From the human T2T-CHM13v2.0 reference genome, Homo sapiens, in assembly GCF_009914755.1 (NCBI RefSeq), contig NC_060927.1: a stretch of DNA of 64,000 nucleotides; one strand, 5' to 3'. A program made the translations under genes and the position numbers. Of the stretch, positions 39,710 through 57,262 are shown piece by piece (position 1 is the stretch's first letter; each line of letters begins with the position of its first letter). The notes beneath the pieces were generated by a model, which was not told the DNA's origin, did not search any database, and worked only from the letters and a program-made list of their open reading frames with translations.

Positions 39710-40088
39710 TTCTAGGTCAGGTTCCCAGGAACCAGACTCTGAGATGGAGACTGGCACACAATGAATTTATTGGGAGTTAATTAGGATCAACCTCTGTTGA
39801 GGGACAAGGGAGAAAAGCAGCAGTCGGTGGAGGAGAAGTCGGGCTGTGTGTGATGCAGCTGCCATGGAGACCTCAGCTGGTCCTACAGCTGAGCCCTGGA
39901 GTTGTCTCAGTTGAAGCAAGATGCCCCAAGAATAGGGTATGACATTGGGTGAGGCCTCTTCCTTTGGCCAAGGGCAGTTCCTGGAGAGGGACTCAGCTGT
40001 GAGTCAGCAGCTGTGGCAATATCAGCACAGTACTGTGCCCCAGTACGGAAGGGAGATCTGAACAATGCATCATAGCATCCCATAACAC
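39710..40088 (-). mobile_element. LTR16-like ERVL LTR
   Basis: ggttcccaggaaccagactctgagatggaga...tttattgggag...ggatcaac...gagggactcagctgtgag. Confidence 0.65.
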
Positions 40089-40096
40089 ATTACAGG

Positions 40097-40514
40097 TGTT
40101 AGGGGCTGAATCGTTTCTCCTCCCCACTGCTCCCTGCCGGAAAAAACAAAAAACAAAAAACAAAAAAAACCCTTATAGGTTAAAGCCCTAACCCACAATG
40201 TGACTATATTCGGAGATGAGGCTTTTAGGGAGATAATTAAGGTTAAATGAGATAAAAGTGGATACCTAATCTCATAGAATTAGGATCCTTATAAGAAGAG
40301 GAAGAGATGGCAGAGAGTTCTTTCTTTGAGCGAGCCCCAAGGAAAGGCCATGTGAGGACACTAAAAGGGTGGCTGTCTGCAAACCAGGAAGAGAGGTCTC
40401 ATCAGAAACCAACCCTGACGCCTTGATCTTAGACCTCTAGAACGGTGAGAAAATAAATGTTTAAGCCACCTAGTCTGTAGTATTTTGTTGTGGCAGCCCA
40501 AGCAGACTAATACA
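40097..40514 (+). mobile_element. MLT1A-like MaLR solo LTR with 5-bp TSD
   Basis: TG...CA termini, aatgtgactatattcggagat...ttaaggttaaatgag...aagccacctagtctg...gactaataca; TSD acagg at 40092-40096 and 40515-40519. Confidence 0.88.
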
Positions 40515-40659
40515 ACAGGTGGATTAATATTCACCGACACCCCAAAGCCCTCCCCATAGCGGGATTACATTCCCACCCTTTTGAAGTCAAGCATGACCAT
40601 ATAATTTGACTTAGTTGATGCAACATGAACAGAAGGGATATGTGTAGACCATGGTTACA

Positions 40660-41140
40660 AGGCAACATTATTAATTGGAACATTTCATACCTTGACTAGA
40701 GGTGAATGCCATGAAGATTCATCTCTTATTTCAGTAAGACAGTTCAAGCCAATTCCAGTCGTGCTGAAGTTAACCTTCACAGCACAATGATCTTGAAGTT
40801 TATAAAGAAGGGTATATATCCAAGAATAATCTAAAAATAAAAACAATAGTTGTACTTGCCTTGCGTAACAGTAAAATATGCTACAAAACTCCTGTTGTCA
40901 AAAGAGTATGGTGATAGCAGAATAAAGAAGCTAGAAATATATCCCAGCATATATTGGAATTTAATATACAGAACAGGTATTATTTAGATTGGATAAGAAA
41001 ATGATGCTTTCTTTGATAAATTAGAATGATACAACTGGCTATCCATCAGAAAGGAAATAAAGTTGGACCGTACATTACACCTCATGCAAAAATAAATTTC
41101 AGATGTATTGAAGACTGAAACATAAAACACAAAATAATAA
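40660..41140 (+). mobile_element. Old L1 (L1ME-like) ORF2 remnant
   Basis: A-rich degenerate ORF2: caactggctatccat...aaaataaatttcagatgtattgaagact. Confidence 0.6.
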
Positions 41141-41142
41141 AA

Positions 41143-44100
41143 CTTCCATTCCCAGCCAAGATGAAGTAGATTAATTTCTCCTAAGTCCTCCTTCTTTCAA
41201 CTAAAAAGCCCTGGACATAACACAACAAATGAGCATAGGAAGACTCTGAAAGGTAGGAAAAACACAGGCTGTCTAATAATCTCTGTGCTTTGATTCCCTT
41301 CTGGTGAGCTTCTGGGTGGAAGTGGAGGTGGTGCTCCAATTCTCCTGCAGGCAGCTGATCTATTCCCCACTTAGAGAAAGTTGGTAACTCCAATTCCGCT
41401 CTGGGACTGAGAGAGGAGCTGATTTTCCATCCTTCACCCAGTAGAGGTAGGCAGTGCTCTAATGCCCCTGCCTGGGCAATGTCAAAAGGGTCCCGTGGTG
41501 AGATGATCCGCTGTCCTCATCCAGCAATGCTTGACTTAAAGAGGTGGTGCCAGGCAAGGCTTGTCCCCACTATCTTTTATCCTTTCCCCCTGGTGTCAGC
41601 AGCCCAAGAGAAAACTGAACCTCCACACCCATCTGGCCTCATGAAGTGGAGTGAGTGGTGGGAGATAGGACTCTGTTCCCCCCATCTCCTCTCCTGGTGC
41701 CTGTCAGGCCCAGTGGGGTACCGAACTTACACAGCTACTTAACGGCAATGAGGTGGTATCAGTGGGTACCCCACTTTCACTAAGAAGCTCTAGTGGGGCC
41801 AAGGGGCAAGCTGAACCTCTACCTCACCTTTCTGCAATGAGCGAGGATCAGTGCTCTACTTTTGCTGAGGTAATGTCAGTGCAGCCCAAAGAAGGGCTCT
41901 GTATGCTACACCTCAATATGTGGACTGCCTGCTAAAAACAGAATTAAATAGGGTCCAGAGTCTCAGAATATCCCAAAGGCCCAGAATACAATAGAAAAAT
42001 CACTCATAACACCAAGAATCAGGAAAATCTCAACTTGAATGAAAAAAAAAATCAACAGACATCAATACTGAGATGAATTAGATGCTGGGATTATCTGGTA
42101 AGAATTTTAAAGCAGCCATCATGAAAATACATCAAGTTTTAACAAATTCTCATAAGACAACTTTAAAAATAGGCATTCTCAGCGAAGGAATAGACATTAC
42201 AAAAAAAGAACCAAAAAGGAATTATAGAACTGAAAAATACAACAAATAAAATTAAAAATAAAATTATAAAAATTCTAGAGGAAATTTTAGGTGAACATAT
42301 GTTTAACTTTGAAAAGTCTGTTTTAACTAGACAGAAAGCCCAGAAACTTAAAGCTGTTTTGTTAAATTTGTATGGTACCCACAGATAATGTTATAGTTAA
42401 TGGTGAAATACTGAAAGCATTCTCCCTAAGATCAGGAATTAGACAAGGATGTCTGCTGTCACCACCTCTATTTAACATTATACTGGAGGTGCTAGCTAGG
42501 ACAATTTGGTAAGGAAAAAAATTAAAAGAAATCCAGATTAAAAGAAAGAGGTTAAAACTATATTTTTTTGCAGAGGATATGATCTTATATATAGAAAATC
42601 CTAAAGAGTAAAAAAGTTAGAACTAATAAATGAGTTTTAAAAGGTTGCAAGATACAAGACCAATATACAAAAATCAACTAAATTTCTATACACCAGCAAT
42701 GAACAATCTGAGAATGGCATTGGGCAAAAAATAATAATAATAATAAAATAAATAAATAAAAAATAAAAAAATCCAATATACACAAGCATTAAAAATAATA
42801 AATACAGATGATCCTCCACTTACAATGGGGTTACATCCTGCTAAACCCATTACAAGTTGAAAATATCGTAAGTCAAAAATGTGTGGCTGACTGGGAGGTG
42901 CCCAGCATTGTGAGAGAAGTACAGTTTCTAGTAAATGCATATTGCTTTCACACCATTGTAAAGTCAAAAAATTTGTGAGTTGAACCATCATAAGCTGAGG
43001 ACCGTCTGTACTTAGGAATAAATTTAACAAAAAAGTGCAAGCCTTGAATTCTAAAAACTGCAAACGATTGTTGAAAGAAATTAAAGAAAACCTAAATCAA
43101 TAGAAAGACTTCCCATGTTCATGGATCAGAAGACATATAATGTATTGTTAAGATAATAATACTGCCTGAATTGATGTACAGATTAAATATAATCCTTATC
43201 AAAATTCAGGTTGCGCTATGTGCAGAAATTGACAAGCTTATTTTAAAATTCACATGGAAATACAAGGGACCGAAAATAGCCAAAACAATCTCGAAAAAGA
43301 ACAAAGTTTCTAATTTCAAAACATACTACAGTGTTATAGTAATTAAGACAGTGTAGTACTGTCACAAGAGAGACATATAGATCCATGGAATTGAATTGAG
43401 ATCCAAGAAATAAAAGTTCTTACATTATGGTCAATTGATTTTCCACACTACTGGCCTTAATCCTCTCCCTTTTCCCCTCATCCCACTACCCTGTTGAGTA
43501 AGGAACTGAACCTCCACTCCTAACTGGAATCAGTGAAGCAGAAATGCAAGACAATTACATGGGAAAAGAATAGTCTTTTCAACAAATGTTGCTGGGACAA
43601 CTGGATATCCATATGCAAAAGAATGAATTTGGACCCCTATCTCAACTCACATAGAAAACTTAACTCAAAATGGATCCTATACCTATATATAAGAGGCAAA
43701 ACTATAAAACTCTTAGGACAAAACATAAATTAAAACTTCATGACCTTGGATTCAGCAGTGGTTACTTAGATACGACACTAAAAGCACAAGCAACAAAAGA
43801 AAAAATAAACGAATTGGCCTACATCAAAACAAAAATGCTTGTGCTTCAAAGGACACCATCAAGACAATTAAAACACAACCCACAGAATGGGAATTTTTTT
43901 TTGCAGATTATATACCTGATAAGCGACCTGTATCCAGATTATATAAAGAACTCTTGCAACTCAACAATAAAAAGACAAATAAGCCAATTTTTAAATGGAC
44001 AAAGGATCTCTGAATAGACATTTCTCCAAAGAAGACATATAAATGGCCAATAAGCACATGAAAAGATACTCAACATCATTAGTCATTAGGGAAATGCTGA

Positions 44101-44470
44101 TAAAAATCACAATAAGATACCACTTCATACCTGTTAGGATGGGTATAATAAAAAAGGCAGATCATAACAAGTATTGGTGAGGATATGGAGAAATTGAAAC
44201 CCTCATACATTAGGAACGTGAAATGGTGCAGCTGCTTTGGAAAAGAGTCTGTCAGTTTCTCAAACGTTAAACACGGAGTTACCCTAGGGCCTAACAATCT
44301 CACTCCTAGGTATAAGCCCTAGATAAATAAAAACATAATCACAGAAGATGTACATGAATGTTCATGGCAATGTTATTCATACTGCCAAAAAGTAGAAGCA
44401 ACTGAAGTTGTGCATGAATATTCTTAGCAGAATTACTTGTAACAGCCCAAAAGTGGAAACAAGCCAAGGA
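41143..44470 (+). mobile_element. L1M (MB/MC-like) element: 5'UTR/ORF1 remnant (~41143-42250) and ORF2/3' remnant (~42390-44470)
   Basis: ORF-track peptides IDKLILKFTWKYKGPKIAK and KNSLFNKCCWDNWISICK; gcattctccctaagatcaggaattagacaaggatg. Confidence 0.85.
42805..43008. mobile_element. Tigger4a/MER46-like MITE (TcMar-Tigger) nested in L1
   Basis: TIRs cagatgatcctccacttacaatgg / ccatcataagctgaggaccgtctg flanked by TA on both sides. Confidence 0.85.
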
Positions 44471-44693
44471 TGTTTTTTAATTTTTTTTTGTTATATTTTA
44501 AGTTCTAGGGTACATGTGCACAACGTGCAGGTTTGTTGCATATGTATACATGTGCCATGTAGGTGTGCTGCACCCATTAACTCTTCATTTACATTAGGTA
44601 TATCTCCTAATGCTATCCCTACCCTCTCCCCTCAACCCATGACAGGCCCTGGTGTGTGATGTTCCCCATCCTGTGTCCAAGTGTTCTCATTGT

Positions 44694-48470
<3,777 letters not shown>

Positions 48471-48529
48471 TAAGGTTATATTGTTATGTGTGAATTTGAT
48501 CCTGTCATTATGATGTTAGCTGGTTATTT

Positions 48530-49572
48530 TGCTCGTTACTTGATGCAGTTTCTTCCTAGCATTGATGGTCTTTACAATTTGGCGTGTTTTTGCAGTGGCT
48601 GGTACCAGTTGTTCCTTTCCATGTTTAATGCTTCCTTTAGGAGTTCTCATAAGGCAGGTCTGGTGGTGACAAAATCTCTCAGCATTTGCTTGTCTGAAAA
48701 TGATTTTTTTTCTCCTTCATTTATGAAGCTTAGTTTGACTGGATATGAAATTCTGGGTTGAAAATTCTTTTCTTTAAGAATGTTGAATATTGGCCCCCAC
48801 TCTCTTCTGGCTTGTAGAGTTTCTGCCGAGAGATCTGCTGTTGGTCTGATGGGCTTCCCTTTGTGGGTAACCTGACCTTTCTCTCTGGCTCCCCTTAACA
48901 TTTTTTCCTTCATTTCAACTTTGGTGAATCTGACAATTATGTGTCTCAGAGTTGCTCTTCTCGAGGAGTATCTTTGTGGCGTTCTCTGTATTTCCTGAAT
49001 CTGAATGTTGGCCTGCCTCTCTAGGTTGGGGAAGTTCTCCTGGATAATATCCTTAAGAGTGTTTTCCAACTTGGTTATATTCTTCCTGTCACTTTCAGGT
49101 ACAGCAATCAGATGTAGATTTGGTCTTTTCACATAGTCCCATATGTTTTGGAGGATTTGTTCTTTTCTTTTTACTCTTTCTTCTCTAAACTTCTCTTCTT
49201 CCTTCATTTTATTCATTTGATCTTCAATCACTGATACCCTTTCTTCCACTTGATTGAGTCGGCTACTGAAGCTTGTGCATGCATCACGTAGTTCTCGTGC
49301 CATGGTTTTCAGCTCCATCAGGTCATTTAAGGTCTTCTCTATGCTGTTTATTCTAGTTAGCCATTCATCTAATCTTTTTTCAAGGTTTTTAGCTTCTTTG
49401 CAATGGGTTCGAACATCCTTCTTTAGCTTGGAGAAGTTTGTTATTGCCGATTGTCTGAAGCCTTCTTCTCTCAACTTGTCAAAGTCATTCTCTGTCCAGC
49501 TTTGTTCCTCTGCTGGCGAGGAGCTGCATTTCTTTGGAGGAGAGGAGGCACTCTGATTTTTAGAATTTTCAG
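48530..49572 (-). pseudogene. Disrupted L1 ORF1 (p40)
   Basis: 275-aa ORF 48647-49474 with WDYVKRPNL, IIVRFTKVEMKEKML, ARREWG; no native N-terminus. Confidence 0.92.
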
Positions 49573-49627
49573 CTCACATTTCAATACTAACATTGACAAC
49601 ATTAACATTGACAGTACTAACATTAAC

Positions 49628-52600
49628 AACGCATGGAACTTACTCCAAGATAGACCATATGATAGGCCATAAAATGAGCCTCATTAAATTTAAGAAAATT
49701 GAAATTATATCAAGCACTCTTTCAGACCACAGTTGAATAAAACTGGAAATCAACTCCAAAAGGGATCTTCAAAACCATGCAAATACATGGAAATTAAATA
49801 ACCTGCTCCTGAATGAGCACTGGGTGAAAAACGAAATCAAGATGGAAACTGAAAAATTCTTAGAACTGAACCACAATAATGACCCAATCTATCAAGACCT
49901 CTGGGATACAGCAAAGGCAGTGCTAAGAGGAAAGTTCATAGCCCTAAATGTCTACATCAAAAAGACTAAAAAAGTACAAACTGACATCTAAGGTCACACC
50001 TCAAGGAACTAAGGAAACAAGAACAAACCAAACCCAAACCCAAACCCAGCAGAAGAAAGGAAATAACCAAGATCAGAGCAGAACTAAATGAGATTGAAAC
50101 AAAAAAATACAAAAGATAAATAAAACAGAAAGCTAGTTCTTTGAAAAGATAAATAAAATTGATAGCCCATTGGCAAGATTAACCAAGAAAAGAAGAGAGA
50201 AAATCCAAATAACTTCACTAAGAAATGAAACGTAAGATATTACAACTGACACCACTAAAATACAAAAGATCATTCAAGGCTACTGTGAACACCTTTACAC
50301 ACGTAAACTATAAAGCCTAGAGGAGATGGATAAATTCTTGGAAAAACACAATCCTCCTAGCTTAAATCAGGAAGAACTGGATATCCTGAACAGACCAATA
50401 ACAAACAACCAGATTGAAGTGGTAATTAAAAAATTACCAACAAAAAAAGTCCAGGACCAGATGGATTCACAGCAGAATTCTACCAGACATTCAAAGAAGA
50501 ATTGGTACCAATCCTTTTGACAGTATTCCACAAGATAGAGAGAGAAGGAACCCTCCCTAATTCATTCTATGAAGCCAGCATCACCCTACTACCAAAACCA
50601 GAGAGGACGTAACCAAAAAAGAAAACTACAGACAGCTATCCTTGAACATAGATGCTAAAATCCTTAACAAAATACTTGCTAACCAAATCAAACAACATGT
50701 CAAAAAGATAATCCACCATGATCAAGTGGGTTTCATACCAGGGATACAGGGATGGTTTAACATATGCAAGTAAATAAACATGATACACCACATAAGCAGA
50801 ATTAAAAACAAAAATCACATGATCACTTCAATAGATGCAGAAAAAGCATTCGACAAAATCCAGCATCCCTTTATGATTAAAACTCTCAGCAAAATTGGCA
50901 TATAAGGGACATACTTAATGTAATAAAAGCCATCTATGACAAACCCACAGCTAACATAATACTGAATGGGGAAAAGTTGAAAGCATTCCCTCTGAGAGCT
51001 GGAACAAGACAAGGATGCCCACTCTCACCACTCCTCTTCGACATAGTACTGGAAGTCCTAGCCAGAGCAATCAGAAAAGAGACAAAAATAAAGGGCATCC
51101 AAATCGGTAAAGAGGAAGTCAAACTGTTACTGTTCGCTGACGATATGATTGTTTACCTTGAAAACCCTACAGACTCCTCCTCCAGAAAGCTCCTATATCT
51201 GATAAAATAATTCAGCAAAGTTTCCATATACAAGATTAATGTACACAAATCAGTAGCTCTTCTATACACCAACAACAACCAAGCAGAGAACCAAATCAAG
51301 AATTCAACCCCTTTTACAAGAGCTGGAAAAAAACCCACACACACAAAAAAGGAATATACCTAACCAAGGAGTCGAAAGACCTCTACAAGGAAAGCTGCAA
51401 AACACTGCTGAAAGAAATCATAGACGACACAAACAAATGGAAACATACCCTATGCTCATGGATAGGTAGAATCAATATTGTGAAAACGCCCATACTGCCA
51501 AAAGCAGTCTACAAATTCAATGCAATCCCCATCAAAATACCACTAACATTCTTCACAGAATTAAAAAAAAACGATTCTGAAATTCATATGGAACCAAAAA
51601 AGAGCCCACATACCCAAAGTAAGACTAAGCAAAAAGAACAAATTTGGAAGCATCACACTGCCTGATTTCAAACTATACTATGAGGTCATAGTGGTACTGG
51701 TACAAAAATAGGCATATATACCAGTAGAACGGAATAGAGAACCCGGAAATAAACCCGAATACTTACAACCAACTGATCTTCGACAAAGCAAACAAAACCA
51801 TAAAGTAGGGAAAGGACACCCTTTTCAACAAATGGTGTTGGGATAATTGGCTAGCCACATGTAGGAGAATTAAACTGGATCCTCATCTCTCACCTTGTAC
51901 AAAAATCAACTCAAGATGGATTAAGGACTTAAACCTAAGACCTGAAACTATAAAAATTCTAAAAGATAACATTGGAAAAACCCTTCTAGACATTGGCTTA
52001 GGCAAGGATTTCATGACCATGAACCCAAAAGCAAATGCAATAAAAACAAAAATAAATAGCTGGGACCTAATTAAACTAAAGAGCTTTTGCACAGCAAAAG
52101 AGTAAACAGACAACACACAGAGTGGGAGAAAATCTTCACAATCTATACATCTGACAAAGGACTAATAACCAGAATCTACAATGAACTCAAACAAATCAGT
52201 AAGAAAAAAAATAAACAATCCCATCAAAAAGTGGGCTAAGGGCATGAATAGTCAATTCTCAAAAGAAGATACACAAATGGCCAACAAACGTGAAAAAAAT
52301 GCTCAACATCACTAATGAATGATCAGGGAAATGCAAATCAAAACCACAATGCAATACCACCTCACTCCTGCAAGAATGACCATAATCAAAAAATCAAAAA
52401 ACAGTAGATATATGGTGGTGAACAGGGAACAATTTGACACTGCTGGTGGGAATGTAAACTAGTATAGCCACTATGGAAAACAGTGTGGAGATTCCGTAAA
52501 GAACTAAAAGTAGAACTACCATTTGATCCAGCAATCCCACTACTGGGTATCTACCCAGAAGAAAAGAAGTCATTATTCAAAAAAGATACTTACATATGTA

Positions 52601-53232
52601 TGTTTATAGCAGCACAATTCACAATTGCAAAATCGTGGAACCACCCCAAATGCCCATCAATCGACGAGTGGATAAAGAACCTGTGATATATATATATATA
52701 TGATGAATATATATATATGATGAATATATGTATATGATGGAATATATATATGATGGAATATATATTATATATATATGATGGAATATATATTATATATATG
52801 ATGGAATATATATTATATATATGATGGAATATATATATATATGATGGAATATATATATATATATGATGGAATACCATGCAGCCATAAAAAGGAGTGAATT
52901 AACAGCATTTGCAGTGACCTGGGTGAGATTGGAGACTATTATTCTAAGTGAAGTAACTCAGGAATGGAAATCCAAACATCATATGTTCTCACTGATATGA
53001 GGACACAGAGGTGTAAGAATGATGCAGTGGACTTTGGGGACTTGAGAGGAAGAGCAGGGGTGGACAAGGGACAGAAGACTACAAATATGGTGCAGTGTAT
53101 ACTGCTCAGGTGATGGGTGCACCAAAATCTCGCAAATCACCACTAAAGAACTTACTTATGTAACCAAATACTACCTGTACCCCAATAACTTATGGAAAAA
53201 TTAAAATTAAAATTAAAATTAAAAAATAAAAC
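49628..53232 (+). mobile_element. L1PB (PB1-like), ~3.6 kb, 5'-truncated in ORF2
   Basis: Sense ORF2 remnants ([37 protein letters not shown]); 3'UTR gcaaatcaccactaaagaacttac...ccccaataacttatgg plus A-rich tail. Confidence 0.92.
52685..52872. repeat. AT-rich minisatellite (TATATATGATGGAATATA-like units) inside L1PB
   Basis: Nine tgatg(g)aa cores separated by variable (TA)n. Confidence 0.9.
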
Positions 53233-53414
53233 CACAAAGTTAAAAAAAAAAGAATTGTGACAGTTGTTTTGAAAAGCAATTCTGGAAATATTTATTAAAA
53301 TTTAAAATGTACATACTATTTGATGCACATTATCTTTCTGAGGACTCTATCCCATAAAAATACAAGCAGCAGTTTGTATAAAGACATTTATATATTTCAA
53401 AATTTACATACAAC

Positions 53415-53777
<363 letters not shown>

Positions 53778-56649
53778 CTAGTTTTGTATTATTTGAATAA
53801 TACAGCTGTATTATAGAATAATGCACAATCTTACAACGAATGGCATATATTTATTTGAGAAATTTCCATGGTGTGTTGTTAGGTAATAAAGCAAAATGTA
53901 AAAATGTTACATGTGAAAACATTTTTGTAAAACCAATTATGATGCCCAAGTCCTCTTCTTATAGGGCCACTGTTTTACAAGATGAATATAAAGACGTGGA
54001 GTTTGTGGGTCATCCTTTCTGGTCTTTACAATGACTGATGATGCCAGACTGCCTCTCCTGACTCTCGGGGATGCTGCACACCTTCAGTTGGGTGGATTGG
54101 CTCCCCTGGTTACTTTTACTACAAGACGGTAATTTGTATCCTTGGCCCATTTGGCCTCAAGGTTGCTTGCCTGTGGTTTTTAACTCATGTTGTTTTGGGG
54201 GACAGAACCTCATATCAGGCAGAGAGAGGTCTTGAAAGGGTATTGGTCCATTGCCCCAATCATATAGCCATCAGTCCTTCATGCCAGAGGCTCTGCTGTT
54301 ATTGGAGCTGATGCTGTCTAGGTGCCTCCTCATGACATTAAGGGCCCTCTGCAGCCCAGCCTTGGCTCACTTTTCCAGCCTTCTCGCATCTCTTCTTTCC
54401 ACCCCCATGCTTCAGCTAATGGAACCAGGCCATTGGCCCAGTGTTTGGCACCCATGCTTTTACTCAAGAAGCTGTTTCCTCCACCTGGAATGCCTGCCCA
54501 TCCCTTCCCATTCCTACCTGTCCAAATATGACCTAATTGATGACAGGACTCACTTCCTGCCTTTTATGACAGCACATGGCTTCTTGCCCCTGCCGGACTG
54601 ACAGGCATTTGGGGAGAAATAAACACAAACCTGTATCCTCTTCTCAAGTTTTTCACAGGGGGCTTTGCTCAGAGTGGGAATTTGAAAAGTATTTGGCATG
54701 TCTCCCCTGTTGTCTGGGACAGGGGTGGTCAGGAGCCTCTCAGCTCTAGGACCAGAGGAGGGAGGTGAATAATCCCATCATCCAGTAGTGAGGAGGTGGC
54801 GGAATTTAGCAGTGAGAGCTGCTCAATGGACAGCTCTTACCTTAGGCTGAGAACTGCTGCAAGACAGCAGTGAGGGGACAGGATAGAAGGGTATGGGAAG
54901 ACACGCAGGCTGAACTTGGGGGTCTGAGCTTGTGGGCTGGACTAGGCATGCTGGATTTCATCCTGGAATGAGATTTAGTCCAGCTCATCCCCTAGAGTGC
55001 TGAGAGCTTGGGCCCCTGGTAAAGCCACTGCTCACCTCCAGCTTTAGGCTTAGGATTAGTCAAGATGATTAAATGAGTAGCCAAGTGTTTTTGTAAGGAA
55101 CAAATGCTTTTCAACAGAAGAGAATATAAAGATCAACTGTTGTAGACTTTCCTCTCTTCAGTGCATGGCTAGCAGGTCTCCTTCTCCTGGAAGTCACTGC
55201 AGAAGGCCTTTGTCCTCTGCTTGAGGCTGTGGTGGGACTTTTGCTTTTACTGAGCATGGTATCAAGTGCCCACAGTTTGTTTATCCCTTACCACAATCCA
55301 ATGAAGTCAGGGATTACCCCAGTTCTCAGATGAGAAAATTGAGTCTCACTCAACATTGGACTATTTGTAACCTTCAGACTCAGAGGACCAGAGGAATCTG
55401 TAGAGGAGTGAGAGGTCGCATGTTCATGCTGTTCATCCTAGAAACTGTAGGAATGATCAAAGTTCCTTTCATTGGCCTCTTTTCTACCAGCAACCTTACA
55501 GAAATTGTGTTGACTCTCATTACCATCTGCCATTATGCATTTGATTAAAAAACACAACAACACTTCACAACACAATCCCTTAGGGTTCTGGGAATTTACA
55601 AAAGCATGAATTAATTTAATTTTGCTGAAGTAACGACATTGTTAAAATAGATCAAATGTCCATATAAGATAATGGGTACTTTTGCATGAACTCGACCATC
55701 AGCTTCCTAATTATCTGGTTGGATATACAACAATGTATTCGTCTCAATCCCTGTGATTGGACACTTAGGTTCCACTATTTATTTTATTATTTTAAACACC
55801 TCAATAGTGAACATCTTTGTGCATATGACCTTTTGAAGTATTTCAGAAGATTTCCTTAGAAGAAATTCCCAGAGGTGGATTTAATGGGTCAAAGCATCTT
55901 GGTTGATATTGCAAAACTGCTTTTCAAAAAGGTTTCATGATGTCTGTGGCCACCAGATGTGACTTCCAGGCAATTTTCTGGGAGAAACCCTCCATAATCA
56001 GTCAAGCATATCTGCCAAGGGGGATCTTACTGCTGCAGTGAAGTGGGGCATGGAAAAGGGTGTTCTGGAAGGACTCCCTTTCCTTCTTACGGTGGCAGGA
56101 ATGGGCCCTGTTGCCTTGAACTGCTTGTATGATGCCTGGAAAAGCCTGATTAGGATGGCCATCCCTGGTGAGATGCTTCAAGGGGATTCAGGTGGAGAGG
56201 AGGCATTTGGAATAGGTGACCTCTGAGGCTCCTTCCAACTTTGGAATCCTGGTTTGAGGATCAAACAAGATTTATAACAGTTTGGTCAAAAGAATGTGAC
56301 TGCCCAACTTTTAAAAGTAGGTTATGTAAATAAATTATCAAAATCATGGTTCCATTATAAGCCCTGCAATAACTCAGGATTTCTTTCCCAAGTGTTCTGA
56401 GGCCACCGCAGTGGATGTTAATATATTTCTCCAAGGTTCAGTCCCATTCTGCTTCTCCCTCCATGTTAATGATCTGTAGCCTTCTTCGTTGGCAGGATGT
56501 GGAGCCCTGGCATTAGCAGGGCAACCCCTTTCAATGTCACTCAGTCCACACACTCCAGCAGCTGGCATGGGAGCTGGTAGACAGTCTACACACCAAGATG
56601 GAATAAATGGGGCAATCCCTTCTTAAGAAGAGTGCATCCCAGCTGCCTC

Positions 56650-57000
56650 AGTCAGGAAGGAAGCCTTTCTCTCTTCCTCAATCCTTCACGCTTCCCACTA
56701 TCAGGACATGGCCCCTCTATTTATGATCTTGGAGTCATCTCCTTTGTCCTTCCTTCTTCAGAATCTATCCGTCACCAAGCCGCGTCTGCTCTACCTCAAA
56801 CTAAACACCAGTCCAACCATGCTTTCCTTCTCCACCTTGGGCAAAGCCACTATCACTTCTTGCCTGGAGGGCCAGAGCCACCCTCTAATTTGTCTCCCCA
56901 CCTCTTCTCTATCTCCTCACCAACCCAATATGCACTCTGAGGCCTGAGAGGGCTTTTTGAAAGGCAAATCAAATCATGGCACTCCCCTGCCAAACCCCAC
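56650..57000 (+). mobile_element. L2 fragment
   Basis: cttggagtcatct...aagccactatcacttcttgcctgga...caaatcaaatcatggcactcccctgc. Confidence 0.7.
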
Positions 57001-57109
57001 CATAAAGAATCCTAATTTCAAACTAACGTTGGAACTGGAAGATAAATCAACTCTATTCAAAATCATGACTCATTTTGCCTTGACAGCACTCATTCTGGAC
57101 TAATAAGAT

Positions 57110-57262
57110 TTCTTCTTACTCCCCCCTCCCTGCCACTCTCCCTTTCTTCCTGGCTTCTCTGTCTTTTCTTCCCTTCTCTCCTTTCCTCTCTTCTTTTTCT
57201 TCCTTTCCCTCTCATTCATCCACCACATTCATTCCTTCTTTCATTCACTCATTCAATCATTC
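57110..57262. repeat. CT-rich low complexity followed by (TTCA)n-like repeat
   Basis: Polypyrimidine tract then cattcattcc...cattcactcattcaatcatt. Confidence 0.75.
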
